Source: Chara braunii (taxonomy: Eukaryota; Plantae; Charophyceae). From it: DNA of 64,000 nucleotides. The translations under genes were made by a program, and so were the position numbers. Location of the stretch: contig BFEA01000007.1 in NCBI GenBank assembly GCA_003427395.1, positions 6,297,115 to 6,361,114 on the forward strand. Direction: 5' to 3'. Under the pieces are notes generated by a model, which saw only the letters and a program-made list of their open reading frames with translations, ran no database searches and was not told the DNA's origin. Positions 35,129-48,658 of the stretch are shown here, one piece after another. Each line of letters opens with the position of its first letter. The first letter of the stretch is position 1.

Positions 35129-37149
35129 TGTTAGCGCCCGAGAGGGTGGGTTTCGAGGACACGGATCGCATCATTTACTAGGAGGGGGTTAAAAGGTGAC
35201 AATCGCATACAGTTTTCTGCGTGCGATGTTTTTTATTATTTCTTAATACACTTCGTTGTTCCAATGTTCTCATGCATACACCTGACTTAGCTTTTAGCAC
35301 TCAGGCCGAGACTTTCATCCTCAGGCAGCGCTAGCCCACCCGACCGTTCCACCACAGATCAGCACGTGGGGCCCTTCTGTCATTTTCACTCTTGCATTCT
35401 TACAGGTTCGCCTCTTGCGACATATGTTTGACTTAGTTGGATTAGGCTCCTAGGGGAGGGACATCCTCACACCCTTCTACCCATAGGTTTCGTAACCTCT
35501 CTTGCACTTGGTTGACACTTAATGCCTTCCTTTGCTCAACAATCCTAATTCATAGTCTTTTTTCAAAATACAATTTTTTATCTTCACAGGATCCATAACA
35601 CAACCGCCTCAACTATTCTCATACCAATGTTTCTTGTCAGCCCTTATCTTGCAGAAACTTTTCAAGGTAGCTCATCCAAAAAAGTATCTTAAGGATTATT
35701 TGCTTGCTAATTCATGCTAAAACCTGATTATTTTCTGTCTCATTCACTTTCAACGACTTTATTCACTCTAACCAAGTCCTACCACTTCATATTGTGAAAG
35801 AATTTTTTTGCCCATCACGCCTAGTCTCTTTCCTTGCTATCAGTCCTTTGCCGCTTGGCTTCTCGTTCGTCATCCCTTCTCCTCGACCCTTCAGTTCCCA
35901 GGTCGGAGCCCCGATTTTCCATTTTTTCCTCGCAATTTCTTGCAATTCCTTCTCACTGAAAAAGTCCAACGGTGTAATTGCCTCCCCGACCCTCATCAGT
36001 CTCCTAGCCTTGATGATCCAATCATGTTTGATCACACTGACCCATTGCTCGAACCAATGACTTGATATCGACCCAAACTCTTCTTCCCACCTAGAGGGTC
36101 GTTCCTTTGGCCCACTTGTTGAAGGTTGCCTTTTTTCCTTAGGCCTTGAAATCTCGTCTGTTTCATCCCCACTACTGATTTCAATAACCTCGTGGACTTT
36201 CTCTTCAATCTCGTGCTTTTCCTCCCGTACGGGGCTGTATTCACCCGTAAAGTTCCCAGGGTTCAGGTTGTAGCCTTGTACGGGATGCTTGACTCTCTCT
36301 CGTACCCTTCCTCATAATTTGCAAACCCTCTTTCACAACTGGTATGCATGTTTCGTCCCCTTTCCTCATAGTCCGCGTGTCTTCTCTCACAACTGCTATG
36401 CACACTTCGGCCTCCTTCCTCACTTCTCTTGTCCATCCTTTGTTCCTCACTTTCCTCCTCAGACAAGTGTTGCAATTTCTTTCCTTCCCTGAGGAGCGAG
36501 GATTTGCTGGCTAGGAGCTTCCACTTTCTTTTCCCCGGTGTCTGTCCTGGTTGTGGGCCTATGAACATTGTCGGTCTATGCCTGTCTCGTCGCCTCTCAG
36601 GCCTATGTCATTCATCCTCGACCGGTGCATTCGCGCAGTTATATCATTCTCATTTTCAAACTCCATCTTCACTGAAATTTTTTTCTGTGCCTGTCATCAC
36701 AAGGATGACGAAAGACCCGATCCGTACCCCCAGGCAAAATGCCATTCAAGCAGAAAGAAGACAACCCCGTTCCTTCATAGCACCAAGGCTCTCTCAATCC
36801 CAGGGACACACTCCTTACCCTAGTCTCCTTCACGCAGTACCATATGATACACCATACCCGCCAACCCAACCTCAGGAAACGTCCCTCGCCCATACATCCC
36901 TCAAGAACTATGTCACATTGCGGCAGGCATCCATCCAAACCCCATTCGTCCCTCACAAAAACTATGATATATTGCAGCAGACATTCATCCAAACCCCATC
37001 CGTCCCTTACAAAAACTATGATGCATTGCCCTAGGCATTCCCCCCTCCTTGTCACTCAACCCAAGCATCCCCCCCAAAAAAACACAGCCATCGCTACCCT
37101 AGAAAAAAAAAAAACATACATTGTAGATAAGATCTCTGTCGACACCTAC

Positions 37150-40100
37150 TGTGTCGGGTCCCCAGTTTCCTTATCTTGGGTTTCTTGCAACCACTGTTCC
37201 ATTGGATCTCGACTTAGGAACCTGACCCGTCGTTATTCCGGAGAGAATCCTTTCAATTTGGTCTCATCCAAATCTTCCAACTCATAAGTGTTAATCCCAA
37301 GCTACTTGGCGACCCGGTAGGTGCCCTTAAATCGTTTTCCCAACTGCTCTGACCAAGTGCTCTCTAGTGCCGAATTTCTTACTAGGACCATTTCCCCCAC
37401 CTGTAGTAGTTCTTTCTTGATATTCTTCAACTGATCCTATATTGTTTTATCTTTCATTCTGCTATCCAAGACTCGGTTCACTACTTCTTCTATTGCCTCC
37501 TCATTCTGAACAGTTTGTCGACAATTAGCCTCAATCAATTGCTCCGTGGTCAAGTGTGGTTCGTCGTCCAGCCTATTCCAACTTGTACTAGGGCTTCCAT
37601 TGGGCAGTCAAATTCCCTCCCATAGCATAACTCGGCTGGAATACATCTTGTGGTTCTCTTTGGAGTCGTGTTTTCTACGAAAACGGCATGCGTGAGATAC
37701 TTAGGTTAGTTCCCAAGATCGTCTGCTACTAACTTTGCGATTGTGCTTTTCAGGGTCCCATATCCTCTTTCCACCGACTCATTAGCCTCCGGGTGGTATG
37801 ACTCAATTAGCTTAATGGGCACCCTGAGTTTTTTGCAAGTGCTCAGTACTTCCTGATTTACGAACTTCGTCTCATTATCAGCTATAAATCTCCTGATGAA
37901 CGGGTGCCTTAGGTAGAAGTTCTCAATCGAACCTGCCACTGCCATCCCGATTTTTTTTCTTAGAGCTACTGCTTCCACAAACCCACTAAGGTTATCTCAA
38001 ACGTTAAGTATGTACCGGTATCCTTTCGTAGATACGGGCATGACCGTGAGATTGAGGTGAACCAGATATCCTGGTCCTAGCACCCGCATGGGCCTCAAAG
38101 GCTCAAAACACGAGCCGTACTCCACTCTTGACAGATTAAACAGGTTTGGCAATATGTGGCAACCATGTTCCCCATTCCCGACCAGAAGTAGAGTGGCGCT
38201 ATTTTTTCCAGTGTCCCCTTCGAGGAGCGATGTCCCCCGACCAATCCATCGTGCATTGCCTTATTTATGTCCACCTGCCTGGATCGTCTGCACACAACCC
38301 TCCTAGGCATTAGGTCTTCGTCCTTCTTGAATAGGTGTCCATTTCTCAATACATACTTGTCGGTCGCCTCTCTTGCCTTGAGGCTGACTTCCCCAACTTC
38401 CTTGTTTCCCACTAGCATTAGACCGATTTCCCTCAAAATCCCATCGTACATCCGAATAAGGAAGAATTCCTTCCTATCCTCGCGATCCTCCTTCCCGCTA
38501 ACATTAGACCGATTTTCCTGTACCTGATTCCCTGTTCCCTGTACCTGGTTCCCTGTACCATTGTTTCCTACTAGCATTAGACCGAATTCCTTGTACATGG
38601 TTCATTAAGTACTGTTGTCGCTTCTGTTCTCAAGACACGACTATATTCATAACCATTTTTCGTCCTCCTTCGATTGTCATCGCCATCAGGCCCCACAATG
38701 TTTTCCAACGAATCCTTGTCTTCCGTACGACCCTGCCTTGTGACCGACCTTTTCCTAAGTTCTGCAGCTATAACGGGAAACCCTTTCCCAATGCTTCACT
38801 CAACCACTCCCTCGACGCGCAGGCTTCATCTATCCCCTCGTTATCTACCACAAGAGTCCTTCCCTCGTAGTCGAGGAACGCATCGATGGGTTTTGTGTCT
38901 TTTTCTCCTTCCAATGCAATGCAAACGTTGCTCAGGCCATCGACCCTATTCCTAAGGTCGGCAATGCACTCAATCTTGTAATCGATTTGCCAGATGAATC
39001 CCACCCATTTTCCCACTGTAGCGTCTATGAGCTTAATTCTTTAACGCGCCCACGACATTCGTTGAATCAATCCTCAGAATGAACTACCTCCCGAAGAGGT
39101 AAGCCTGGAAGGTCTTGCGACAGTGTAGGACGGCTAGTACCTCTTTCTTGAACTGAGAGTAGAGACGTTTTGCCGAGTTCAACGTCCTACTCTCGAATCT
39201 GATTGGCCTTTCTCTCCCATCTTCACCTCTCTGTATCAGAACTCCTCCCACAACTAATGGTCCCCCATCGGTCTCAAGCACAAAAGGACGCCCTATCTCA
39301 TCGTTAAAACAGGGAGCGGCAAGGGTGACATTTTCGGTCGTCAATATGTCTTTGAGGGCCTGGACGGCGGTCTCTCGCTCCTCCGTCCAGTCCAAAGTGC
39401 CTTCTTCGTGAATCATGGCCCGAATGGGTTTCGCTATCTTAGCAAAGCCTTTGATGAAAATTCTTCAAAATCCTACAACCCCTAGGAAGACCCTCGCTTC
39501 TGCCGTGGTACGTAGGGGTGTTGGCCATTGAGAGATTTTGTCGGTCTTGGTTAGATCGGGTTTCCTTCTATATGATTCGCAGTGAAAGTCTAGCATGGTT
39601 ACTTTCAGAACTGTTAGGATACTCTTGTGACCACTGGTGGTGATGTTATACTCTAGGAACATGTGGAGAAGTTCCTTGATCTCCTGTAAGTGGTTTCACA
39701 CAAACTTTCGTATTCCGGGCTGAACTTCCCTCTCGTCTCTCTCTCAAGCGCCCTTGATCGGATTATCATCAATATAAGGCTCACATTTTTTTGAAAACAT
39801 GTCCCCAACAACCGCAAACATTCTCCTTTGTGCTTCCACCACCTCATTGGTGAGGCCCATAGGGGTTACTTGCATTTGCAGCTGGCCTACCGGGGTATGC
39901 ATGGTCGTGTAGGGTCTATCCCGGACGTCCAAAGGGAGCTGATCGTATCCGGAATAGAGGTCTACTAGTGAGTAAATACTTTGTCCGGCGTGGGATTCTG
40001 CCAACAAGTCCGCTTGAGGCAGCGACCCCGCGTCCCGGATGGTGACAACATTTAACTTCTGCAGATCTTGGATCCACCTAAGCGTCTTGTTAGGCTTCCG

Positions 40101-42457
40101 TAACACAAACCACCTGTTTGTGTATGGTGACGAGGTGGTTTTTGCCACAAAAGAACACATCTTTGCTCTAAGCAATTCTGTCACTTCTCCTGCTATTCTG
40201 AAATCGTAGGCCGGTCCCTTATCATTCCAACATTCGTGCTCGACTGTGTGAATCATGACGGGAGGTATCAACTTTGCGTCCAAACGCCTCTTCTGATGGT
40301 CATTGAAGGCAAATGCCTAGTGAAATTCTTGACACGTTTCTTTCATCAAGCGCACAAAAGTGGTCAACGACCTCCTGAAATTTCAGAATGAAAGATCCTG
40401 AAGTCTATTAGGAGAAGTCTTAAATCACTGGAATGACCTGAAGACACTTCATGCCATTCCAGGAGTTACAGGTGGTTTGGGGGTCATATTTTTTATTTTT
40501 TTTTTATTTTTTTTTTGCCTGTTTTTGTTTTGATTCAACGTTATTATGGGTCACTTCAAGTCATTTCAGGAGTTTCAGGTGGGGAGGCCTGAAACCTCTG
40601 GAAAGACCTGAAGTGGTCGAAGCTTCTGAAAGCGGTTTCAGGTCCCCCCATCCAAATGGTAGGATTGATGCATCTCAAACCGCTTTCAAATTTTCAGCAA
40701 CTTCATATTATTTCAAAAGTTTCAGATGGGGAGACATGAAACCTCTGACATGATCTGAAGTGGCTGAAGCTTCTGAAAGTGGTTTCAGGTACCCCCATCC
40801 AAATGGTTGGATGGGGGAATCTGAAACCGCTTTCAGATTTTCAGCCACTTCATATTATTTCAGGAGTTTCAGATGGAGAGACCTGAAACCTCTGAAATGG
40901 TATGAAGTGGCTGAAACTTCTCAAAGAGGTTTCAGGTCCCCCCATCTAAATGGTTGGATGGGAGCCTCTGAAACCGTTTTCAGGTTTTCAGCCACTTCAG
41001 ATCATTTCAGGAATTTCAGGTGGGAAGACCTGAAACCTCCGAAATGATATGAAGTGGCCGAAGCTTCTGAAAGCGGTTTCAGGTCCCCCCATCCAAATGC
41101 TTGGATGGGGGGGCCAGAAACCGCTTTCAAAACTTCAGCCACTTCAAGTCATTACAAGAGTTTCAGTTGCGAATCTGAAACCTCTGAAATGACCTAAAGT
41201 GGTTGAAGTTTTTGAAAGTAGTTTCAGGTTTTCCCATCCAAGTACCTCACACCCGTCTGAAGCAGCCAAAAATATCCTGAAAATAGAGACATCTGTTAAC
41301 CTTCTCTCTAAGCGCACTTCCTGCTTTGTCAGGAATCCCTGTACTCCTATCTTCATGGTCTCTGCTACTTCATTCGGTATTCGATGCCCTTCTGTTGCCC
41401 TTCTGTCTCTAATCACTCGGAGAATTTCTTCCTCTCTCTCCATGGTTTCTTCCTTTGCTATCTCTAGCAGAAGCAAGACAGGCTTAGCCATCTTTCCTAC
41501 TGGCTTGTACTTGCGAACGCTCCCTTCCGAGATGTTTCACCTAAAAAATGAACAGTTGGGACCGTCTGTGGTACTTCGGCAATTCGAGGCTAGATGCTGA
41601 TCAATTTCCTATTCATGCAGTACTTTTCAGGCTTTTTTCTCAAACATGGCGAGCGCAACCGGATTCACACCAACCTTAGGATACTTGATAGCTTTGACGA
41701 GATGCACTTAGTCAGGGACTTCAAGTGTTATCCCCGACTCCTCATCTCGAGCCTCCTTTGGTCTAGGCAAACTAGCCCCCAATTCGACCTCTGTTTCTTT
41801 TTCTATTACCATAACACCCAAAGCATCGTCCTCCTGTCTCCGCTCCTTTTGCGGTAATCCCATCTTAACTCAATCTTTCTTGCTGAATGCTATCTCGATC
41901 ATGATCTCTACCGTTTCTCTCATCCCTCTCATTCTTGCGAAGACCCCCTTTCTGGCGCTTTCCTCGAATGATGGCGACCACGTTGCTAATTTCCCCTTTA
42001 GTGTGTCACCTCCTGTCCTGATGAGACGAAGCAACTCACCACGTCTCGTTACCGAATCTTCTACATCATGCAGGTGTATCCCTATCATTTCTACATTCAC
42101 ACGTCGAGGTCTTCCAAGGATTATGTTATAGTCCATCTCGTTCATGACGGTCATCCGCAGGAACGACCAAATGGATTCCCTTACGCTCGCCTTTACTTCG
42201 CACTTAGTAACATAACCGGAGAACGGGATCTCCCCGCCTACCCCGCGGATGCTTCCGGTTGTTTCTTTGTTCACTGCGCATCCCGTAATTTTCGCAAAGC
42301 CTTTCTTAATGAGCGTGATTTCAGCCCCTCGGTCCACCAACGAGTCTGTGCGATGGCTTCCGATTTGCACCTTCAACTTCCCTACATGTAGCGCATGGAA
42401 ACTAAGCTTTGTTCTGGGTGATGCCCTCATAACTTCGCCACCTTCGCAATCTGGCAA
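37150..42457 (-). pseudogene. pol: Ty3/gypsy pol (PR, RT, RH, IN), fragmented and interrupted by the 40356-41308 insertion
   Basis: PR SLVDRGAE. RT YSLVDLYSGYDQ, PMGLTN, YIDD. RH FVLETDG...RPIRFESR. IN MHDGLVGGH...CQTCLIC, IADNETKF, SVERG. Confidence 0.93.
40356..41308. mobile_element. Non-autonomous foldback-rich element, copy 1 (9-bp TSD, possibly Mutator-like)
   Basis: TSD caagcgcac / taagcgcac. Removal restores pol KQEVRL|MKETCQEF. Contains ~147-bp palindromic units. Confidence 0.85.
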
Positions 42458-42459
42458 AC

Positions 42460-44357
42460 TTAAACGGATGTCGGCGAAAGCCTTTCCGGGTCTTCCAGGC
42501 CCTCGAGAACCCTTTGGAGGTTGGCGACTTCTCGCGGTGCCTCCTTCTCCTTCTCTTCTTCCTGATGCTCCAGACCTTCCTCTATTTCTACTCTTCGCCT
42601 GATCAGCAAGTGTTTGAGGCCTTTCAGGAGCCTATGACTTGTTTGCAGCATGGCCTGGAATGAGACCGACACCATGGTCCCTAGCAGCTTGCTAAGGGTG
42701 TCGTCGATCTCAGGCATAGTTAGAATAGGGATCTGGTATCGAAATTTCTTTTTGGTCGAAGTTGCTTTGTCTATTGGGGTATCCTCTCTAGGTTTCCCGT
42801 AAACCTTGTCTTGCTCTTGCACCTCAACTTCTTGTGGCGCCCCCGGACCATCCCCCACGTCTTCCACAGACGCATCTTGTACGACCTTCCTTTCCATCGC
42901 TCGCTGCCTTATGGTCACGTTTACTCTATCTCGCCCATCGCTATCTAGAATAAAGTTAGCCTCCGGCCCACGTGCTCGCGCCTATTCCCAAGCGATTTTT
43001 GCTACCGGCTCATCCTCTACCGTGGCGACGTCTAGATTGTTGAGTGCGATTACGGATCTTCGCATTCCTCCTGGGGAGTTTCAATTCACTTTCTCTCCTC
43101 GGGGGCCTACGATCTCCCCTCGTAGTGTCCTAAAGCACCTCTTTTGCATGATGTTATGGTTGAGTCTCACACATGCTCGCGCAAAATGCCCAAGCATCGT
43201 GCAATATTGGCACTGTTCATTGGGCGATTCTCTCCTATTGAACCCTCGGTTAGCTATTCCAGTTGGAACCACAGCTTCCTGCAGGGGGAGGGGGGGTCGG
43301 GTCACCTAGGCTTACGTCGCCTAGGTTTGCATTACCATTAATGCATTTTTCACTCTTTCGATTTTGCCATCTACTTCATGGACGCGCTCGTGCATACTTT
43401 CTATCTTTCTTTTTACCTTATCTCTTGGTTTGCTAGTTCGGTCTATGACCTCTCCCTCCTTCAGTAGGACCAAAGAGTCGCTTACGACCATTTTTTCGGC
43501 AATGTCCGTGATAGTACGGAAATCGATGTCCTTTGTATTCATAAACTTTGTGGTATACTGGTAGGCTGATAGGATCTTATCTTTATCAAACTCGGTGAAC
43601 TGTCTAAGGAAATATTTGCTCACTATACAGTCGGTCACCCACGGGATTCGCAATGCCACGAGGTTGAATTTTCTCAAGAAATCGTTATATGTTGCAAAAT
43701 TCGTCCTCTGCACCGCAACTAGCTATGTTTCCGTAGTCATTTTCTCAGCCGCCAGATACTTTCTCATCATTACATCTTGGACTTCCTTCCAGGATTCGCT
43801 AGCTATTATGTCTCTGTTTAGGTTCAGTGATACATACTGCCCTAGGTGGGTCATTTTCTCTTCCTCACTCCACATCAGTAGTGCTGCCAAGTTCTCGTAA
43901 TTTATCAGGAATTTCGTAATATTCGGTTCATCGAACGTTCGTTTCTTCTTGGCGTCAGCTAGGTACCCCTTATTTTTATTTAGCTCATGCATGAGGGACA
44001 ACATCATTTTTCTAAGCCCTCCTTCGGATCCTCCTGTCTCACCGGCGCCGCCGAATCCTTGTCCTTCCTTACCAGCTTCCAATCCATTTTCGGCCTTCGC
44101 CGTTCCTAAACGGTCAAACCGTCCCAACACCCTTTCTCTTAAGCTCCAAAACCCTTCACATCCTCTTGAAATCATGGGTGCGTCCGATGGTCGGTTTCCC
44201 CGCTATCTATAGCAGGTGGATAAGTGGTATTCTCCTCCTCGCTTCCCGGAGATCCTGTTCTCTCTTTTCTTTTCTTAGTCGACGTCTCTCTGCGTTGTCC
44301 CATGCGGTGGTCCCGCACCCTGCTGAGAGCGTTGAACCTCACGGTCGTGTCATGCAA
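42460..44357 (-). pseudogene. gag: Ty3/gypsy gag, fragmented, with CCHC knuckle
   Basis: FDEPNITKFLINYENLA capsid-like segment and CQYCTMLGHFARAC knuckle. Confidence 0.85.
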
Positions 44358-45836
44358 AAATTTCTTAAGTTTGTAAGGAACCAGGCATCACTCCGATCGT
44401 GCGCGCCGGCGATAGCTCTCACGACACCCCACAATAGGTCGGGGTGCCGCGAGGTACAACTTACCTCTACCCAAGGGGTTGTCACCACCCTTAGGTAGGT
44501 GTATCCCTGTTGAGCTACCGACCCACATGAGAAGACTATTAAATGCCTTTGTAGAGGTAGGTCGACCGAGGGCGTTTGCTCGATCGTTGTAGCATAGAAA
44601 TGGGGTATGCGTGGTAAGACGCCTAAGACTGACCCGTAGTCAAGTCATGTTCATGATGTGTTTTCCCTATCCTAGACTTCTAGATATTCCGGTCGACCTT
44701 TTTTAGAAGGCTGTCTATTTTCACTTCTAAACCTAAAAGTTTATTATTCCCCTGACAAAATGATCGAAGCATCAATCAAACCTTCTTAATATCTAGGGCA
44801 TTCTATCTTACTTAACAAACTATAACTTAACTAATATCAGACAGTATAAATGTTACATATGATAATAATGAGTATGGGGGTATAACCGCCGATAACCCTT
44901 CCCACTTTCACAAGTGTGGTGCGTCCGAGACTGAGACTCTTCATGATACCAAACCCAATTCAATCCAAAACCACGCACAAAACAGACCTGCACAAAGTAA
45001 TGCAAAGACAGTTCACATGCCATGCACTAAAGGCGTCAACCAGCAATCCACACCATTGACCTTGTCCCTCACTTCCCAAACCATGTACGACAACTCTAAC
45101 TTTCCTGAGACGTAAGCCCAACCTCCTCACATTTCTTCAAAGGACCCTTGAGAGTGACTGAGACCATTCAGGCAATGACCACATATGACAGTTTTACTGA
45201 CCACAACGTTTGACTTTTTAGACGTGGGTATCAAGTCAAGGTGGAAAAGTTGAATCGGTAACAACCTACCTGTTATCGAGAGATAACAGAAAGTTGGGTC
45301 CGTTATAAAACCGCTCCCTCAATTACAGTAATTTAAACAGAGACCTGCACACACACAGGTCAACAAAGATTCAACATTCCCGATTGTTTCCCCACATATC
45401 CATATCTAAGGGTCAAAACCCTAGATCTGGTCTATGAACTTTGGGATAGTCATCCTAAGATCTAACTACCAATCCTACTTTTTCAAACCCCTATGTGTCG
45501 TCTGTCTCTCTTGCCTTTCTTTCGAGGAGTTTCATGCCTGTGTCCTAAGTCGCCTCCAGGAAAGTTGTATCTTTTTTTCTTCTATGTCACTCATCCTTCT
45601 CTCTTGGGAATAAGCATATCTCTTGGTGCTTACGTAGTTGAGTCTGCCTCAGTTGACGTTGTAGCTTTCCTTTTTCAAAGTCATGGACGAACATGGACTA
45701 CGTGGTGATTCTATTTATTCCTATCATTTTTTTCTCGAGGTCCTAACTCCTTTCTTTGTTTTCTTCCTAGGTATGTCAAGTCTCGGTCTAACAGAAGCGT
45801 TGTCCCTTCCTTTTCTCTTCTATTTGTCCTGTAGTT

Positions 45837-46496
45837 ACAAGTGGTTAACGACCTACTGAAATTCCAGAATGGAAGATTCTGAAGTTTGTTAGCAGAGGTA
45901 TGAAATCACTAAAATGGTCTGAAGACACTTCAGATCATTTCAGGAGTTCCAAGTGGTTTGAAGGTCAAAGTTCATGGGTTTTGTTTGTTTTTCTTTGCCT
46001 ATTTTTGTTTTGGTTCAACATTGTTATGTGCCACTTCAGGTCATTTCAGGAGTTTCGGGTGGGGAAACATGAACCCTCTGAAATGACCTGAAGTGGCTGA
46101 AGCTTCTGAAAACGGTTTCAGGTCCCTCCATCCGAATGCTTGGGTAGGGAGACATGAAACCGCTTTCAGAATCTTCAGCTACTTCATGTTATTTCAGGCG
46201 TTTGAGGTGGGGGGACTTGGAACCTCTGAAATGACCTGCAGTGGTCGAACTTTCTGAAAGCGGTTGCAGGTCCCCCTGTCCAAATGCTTGGATGGGGGAA
46301 CTTGAAACCGATTTCAGAAGTTTCGGCCACTTCAAGTCATCTCAAAGGTTTCAGGTGGGGACGTGAAACCTATGAAATGACCTGAAGTGGCTAAAGCTTC
46401 TAAAGGCAGTTTTAGGTCCCCCGATCCAAGTACCCAACACCCGTACGAAGTAGTTGAAAATAACTTGAAAATATAGGCATTTGTTAACCTTCTCTC
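45837..46496. mobile_element. Same foldback-rich element, copy 2
   Basis: Same ends (a.aagtggt.aacgacc ... gttaaccttctctc). TSD cctgtagtt / cctgtagtg. Fewer internal units. Confidence 0.85.
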
Positions 46497-46679
46497 CCTG
46501 TAGTGGATCGATTCAAACATAAACCTTCCACTACCTGATCAATTCCAAGCAACCTATTAGTCAAGTAGATAGTCGAATAATACGCACAAGAATATTCGAC
46601 CATATTTCCAATTTCATTCAATACACTTGCAAACAGTTAGTAAGCGACAATACACGAGATCCGTTTCTCATAAGTAGTT

Positions 46680-48040
46680 GGATAACTCGCACATGAGTAT
46701 CCGTCTTGAAATAAATAGTCGAGGCTCTTACCGGGGCACCCCACTACTTGCTTTAGTCATCATTCAGAAGGATTAGATTTTACCTCCCAGAGGTTAGTAA
46801 TGATTCGAGTGAATAATAGGCGACCCGCACAAGAGCCCCCTACCATCACGTGACCAAAGACACGGTCCATTTCATGACTGCAATAGGATGATCCTCACAA
46901 GGGCATCCTATTGTCCTCCCGAGGCCAACCGATCTGAGACCTGGTTAGTTTGGACAGAAAACGAGTGTTTAGGATATTCCTACAAGAGTATCCCACCTTG
47001 AAAGTTACTACAGAATCAAGCAAGTAATAGGTTGTCCCTAACAAGGACCCCCCTACTACTTTCTTGGGTGATGAGTAGTCCACTTCTGAAACAAGTAATA
47101 GGATGATTCTTATTGAAGCCTTCTTACTACCTTCTCGGTGATCAGACTGCTTGGGAGTAAGTAAGTCGGTAGAGTACGAGTAGCAATGTGATTTCCTATT
47201 TCTTGTAGATCGTTAGTCAGTCTTAGACTCAAGCGTGTGAATAGGATGACCCTCACATGAGCCCCCTACTACACATCGAGTGATTGCAAAGAATGAACCT
47301 TTCCGAGTCGTTAACGGGAAGTTAGTACCTAAATCCCCCTTCGTTTTGGTTTCGCATTGGATGAACAGTTTGTTAGTAACTAATCAAATCATTAGTCATA
47401 TTTGGGCAAATACCAGGGTTACTCATACATGAGTATCCTATTATTGCCCAATCTCCCGCACTCTACATGTTCTCTGAGTTAGTTAGGTACGTATCAAACA
47501 AGAACTAGGAAAACTCACATATGAGCCTCCTATTACTTATCTGATTCATAGGAGATCGGTAAAGCAACCTTTTATCGAGTTATTTCGGCCAAGCGGCATA
47601 ATGACTCTCACAGGAGTCTTCGCCCCTCTTGTCGTATGCTTTTGCTCCATCATCACTAACCTGTTCGTCCATGTAGCGGCGAAATAGATCACATATAACC
47701 ATTTCCACACCTTCCACCTTCAAGCAGATCCCTAGTTAATCAAGGTGGTGAGGTAGCACACACAGGAGTACCGCCACCTTCTGATTTCGTCTCAGTCCCA
47801 TAAGGCAAGTATTTAACCCATACATGGGTTTTCTACCACCTTCGAAGACTGATCCGGTAGGTTAACAGGGCGACCCTCACAAGAGCCTCCCTTTATCGTT
47901 TTTAAATGTCAGACATCTCTCCCCTTCACGACGACAGTCGATCGGGTAAGGTAACTCACACACGAGTACCTCACTGCCAATTCTTCGTAGGGTTAGAGCA
48001 TACATAAATAGTACGACGACTCACACATGAGCCTCCATAG
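46680..48040. repeat. Dispersed array of about 13 hairpins with NCACAN-type loops separated by unrelated spacers
   Basis: Examples: ggata-a-ctc-gcacat-gag-tatcc; taggatg-a-tcc-tcacaa-ggg-catccta; aggta-a-ctc-acacac-gag-tacct. Confidence 0.65.
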
Positions 48041-48554
48041 CACCACTCTATTCTTCAAACCCAAGTAGTCGTAGGTTCCTTCTCGGTTATTTTAAGTTTC
48101 TTCCTTCCATCAGGCATGATTCTTCCTTCAGTCATATATTTTTTTTACTTTTGATAAACTTAGTCATGAAGACTGCATGAACAATATATCACACAACCAT
48201 ACATGCAGTCTGATAGAAGGTCGTAGTTTGTAAAGGTATACGGGAAAGAGATAGGTGATGCGTACCTCATGGTTCCTTGCCTCCATAGGTCCTCCTGAAT
48301 TCCAGCAAAGCTCCCGCAATCGCCCTGTTTATCGACCACGTCTAGTCATTGTATTTGACTGTCTAGACTTTAAAGCTAGTAAGGTCGGGATTATCTCAGT
48401 GGAAACATACTATCAAACAAATATACTCAACTAGATAAATATCAAGAACATGAATGGAGGAGGATAGAGGAGGTAGGCACCATCACACAGTGACAATGTC
48501 TCTCTCCTCTTCAACGTCCCTCATCCTCTTCATATTTGCCCCAAGATGCTCACT

Positions 48555-48658
48555 AATAGCAATAACAAAATAATGACAAAAATAATAATAATAAAAATAA
48601 TAATAATAATAGCAACAATAATAATAATAGTAACAATAATAATAATAATAGTAACAAT
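48555..48658. repeat. (AAT)n-like microsatellite, continuing at 49517-49532
   Basis: aataataat runs on both sides of the MITE. Confidence 0.85.

Noticed and set aside
35129-37075. 3' LTR of the - strand gypsy element
   Set aside because: A TG boundary and PPT-like runs exist, but no matching second copy or TSD was found in the window.
38510-38600. Novel GTGNQVQ repeat insertion in pol
   Set aside because: A local duplication (21-bp repeat plus re-copied GLMLVGN) in a dead copy.
44944-44951. tggtatca on the - strand as a tRNA-Met PBS
   Set aside because: The match stops after 8 nt and there is no adjacent LTR-terminal CA.
47066-47096. Second hammerhead-like string tgatgag...gaaac
   Set aside because: Lacks the core C and a convincing stem II. 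Other ctgatga hits lie within coding remnants.
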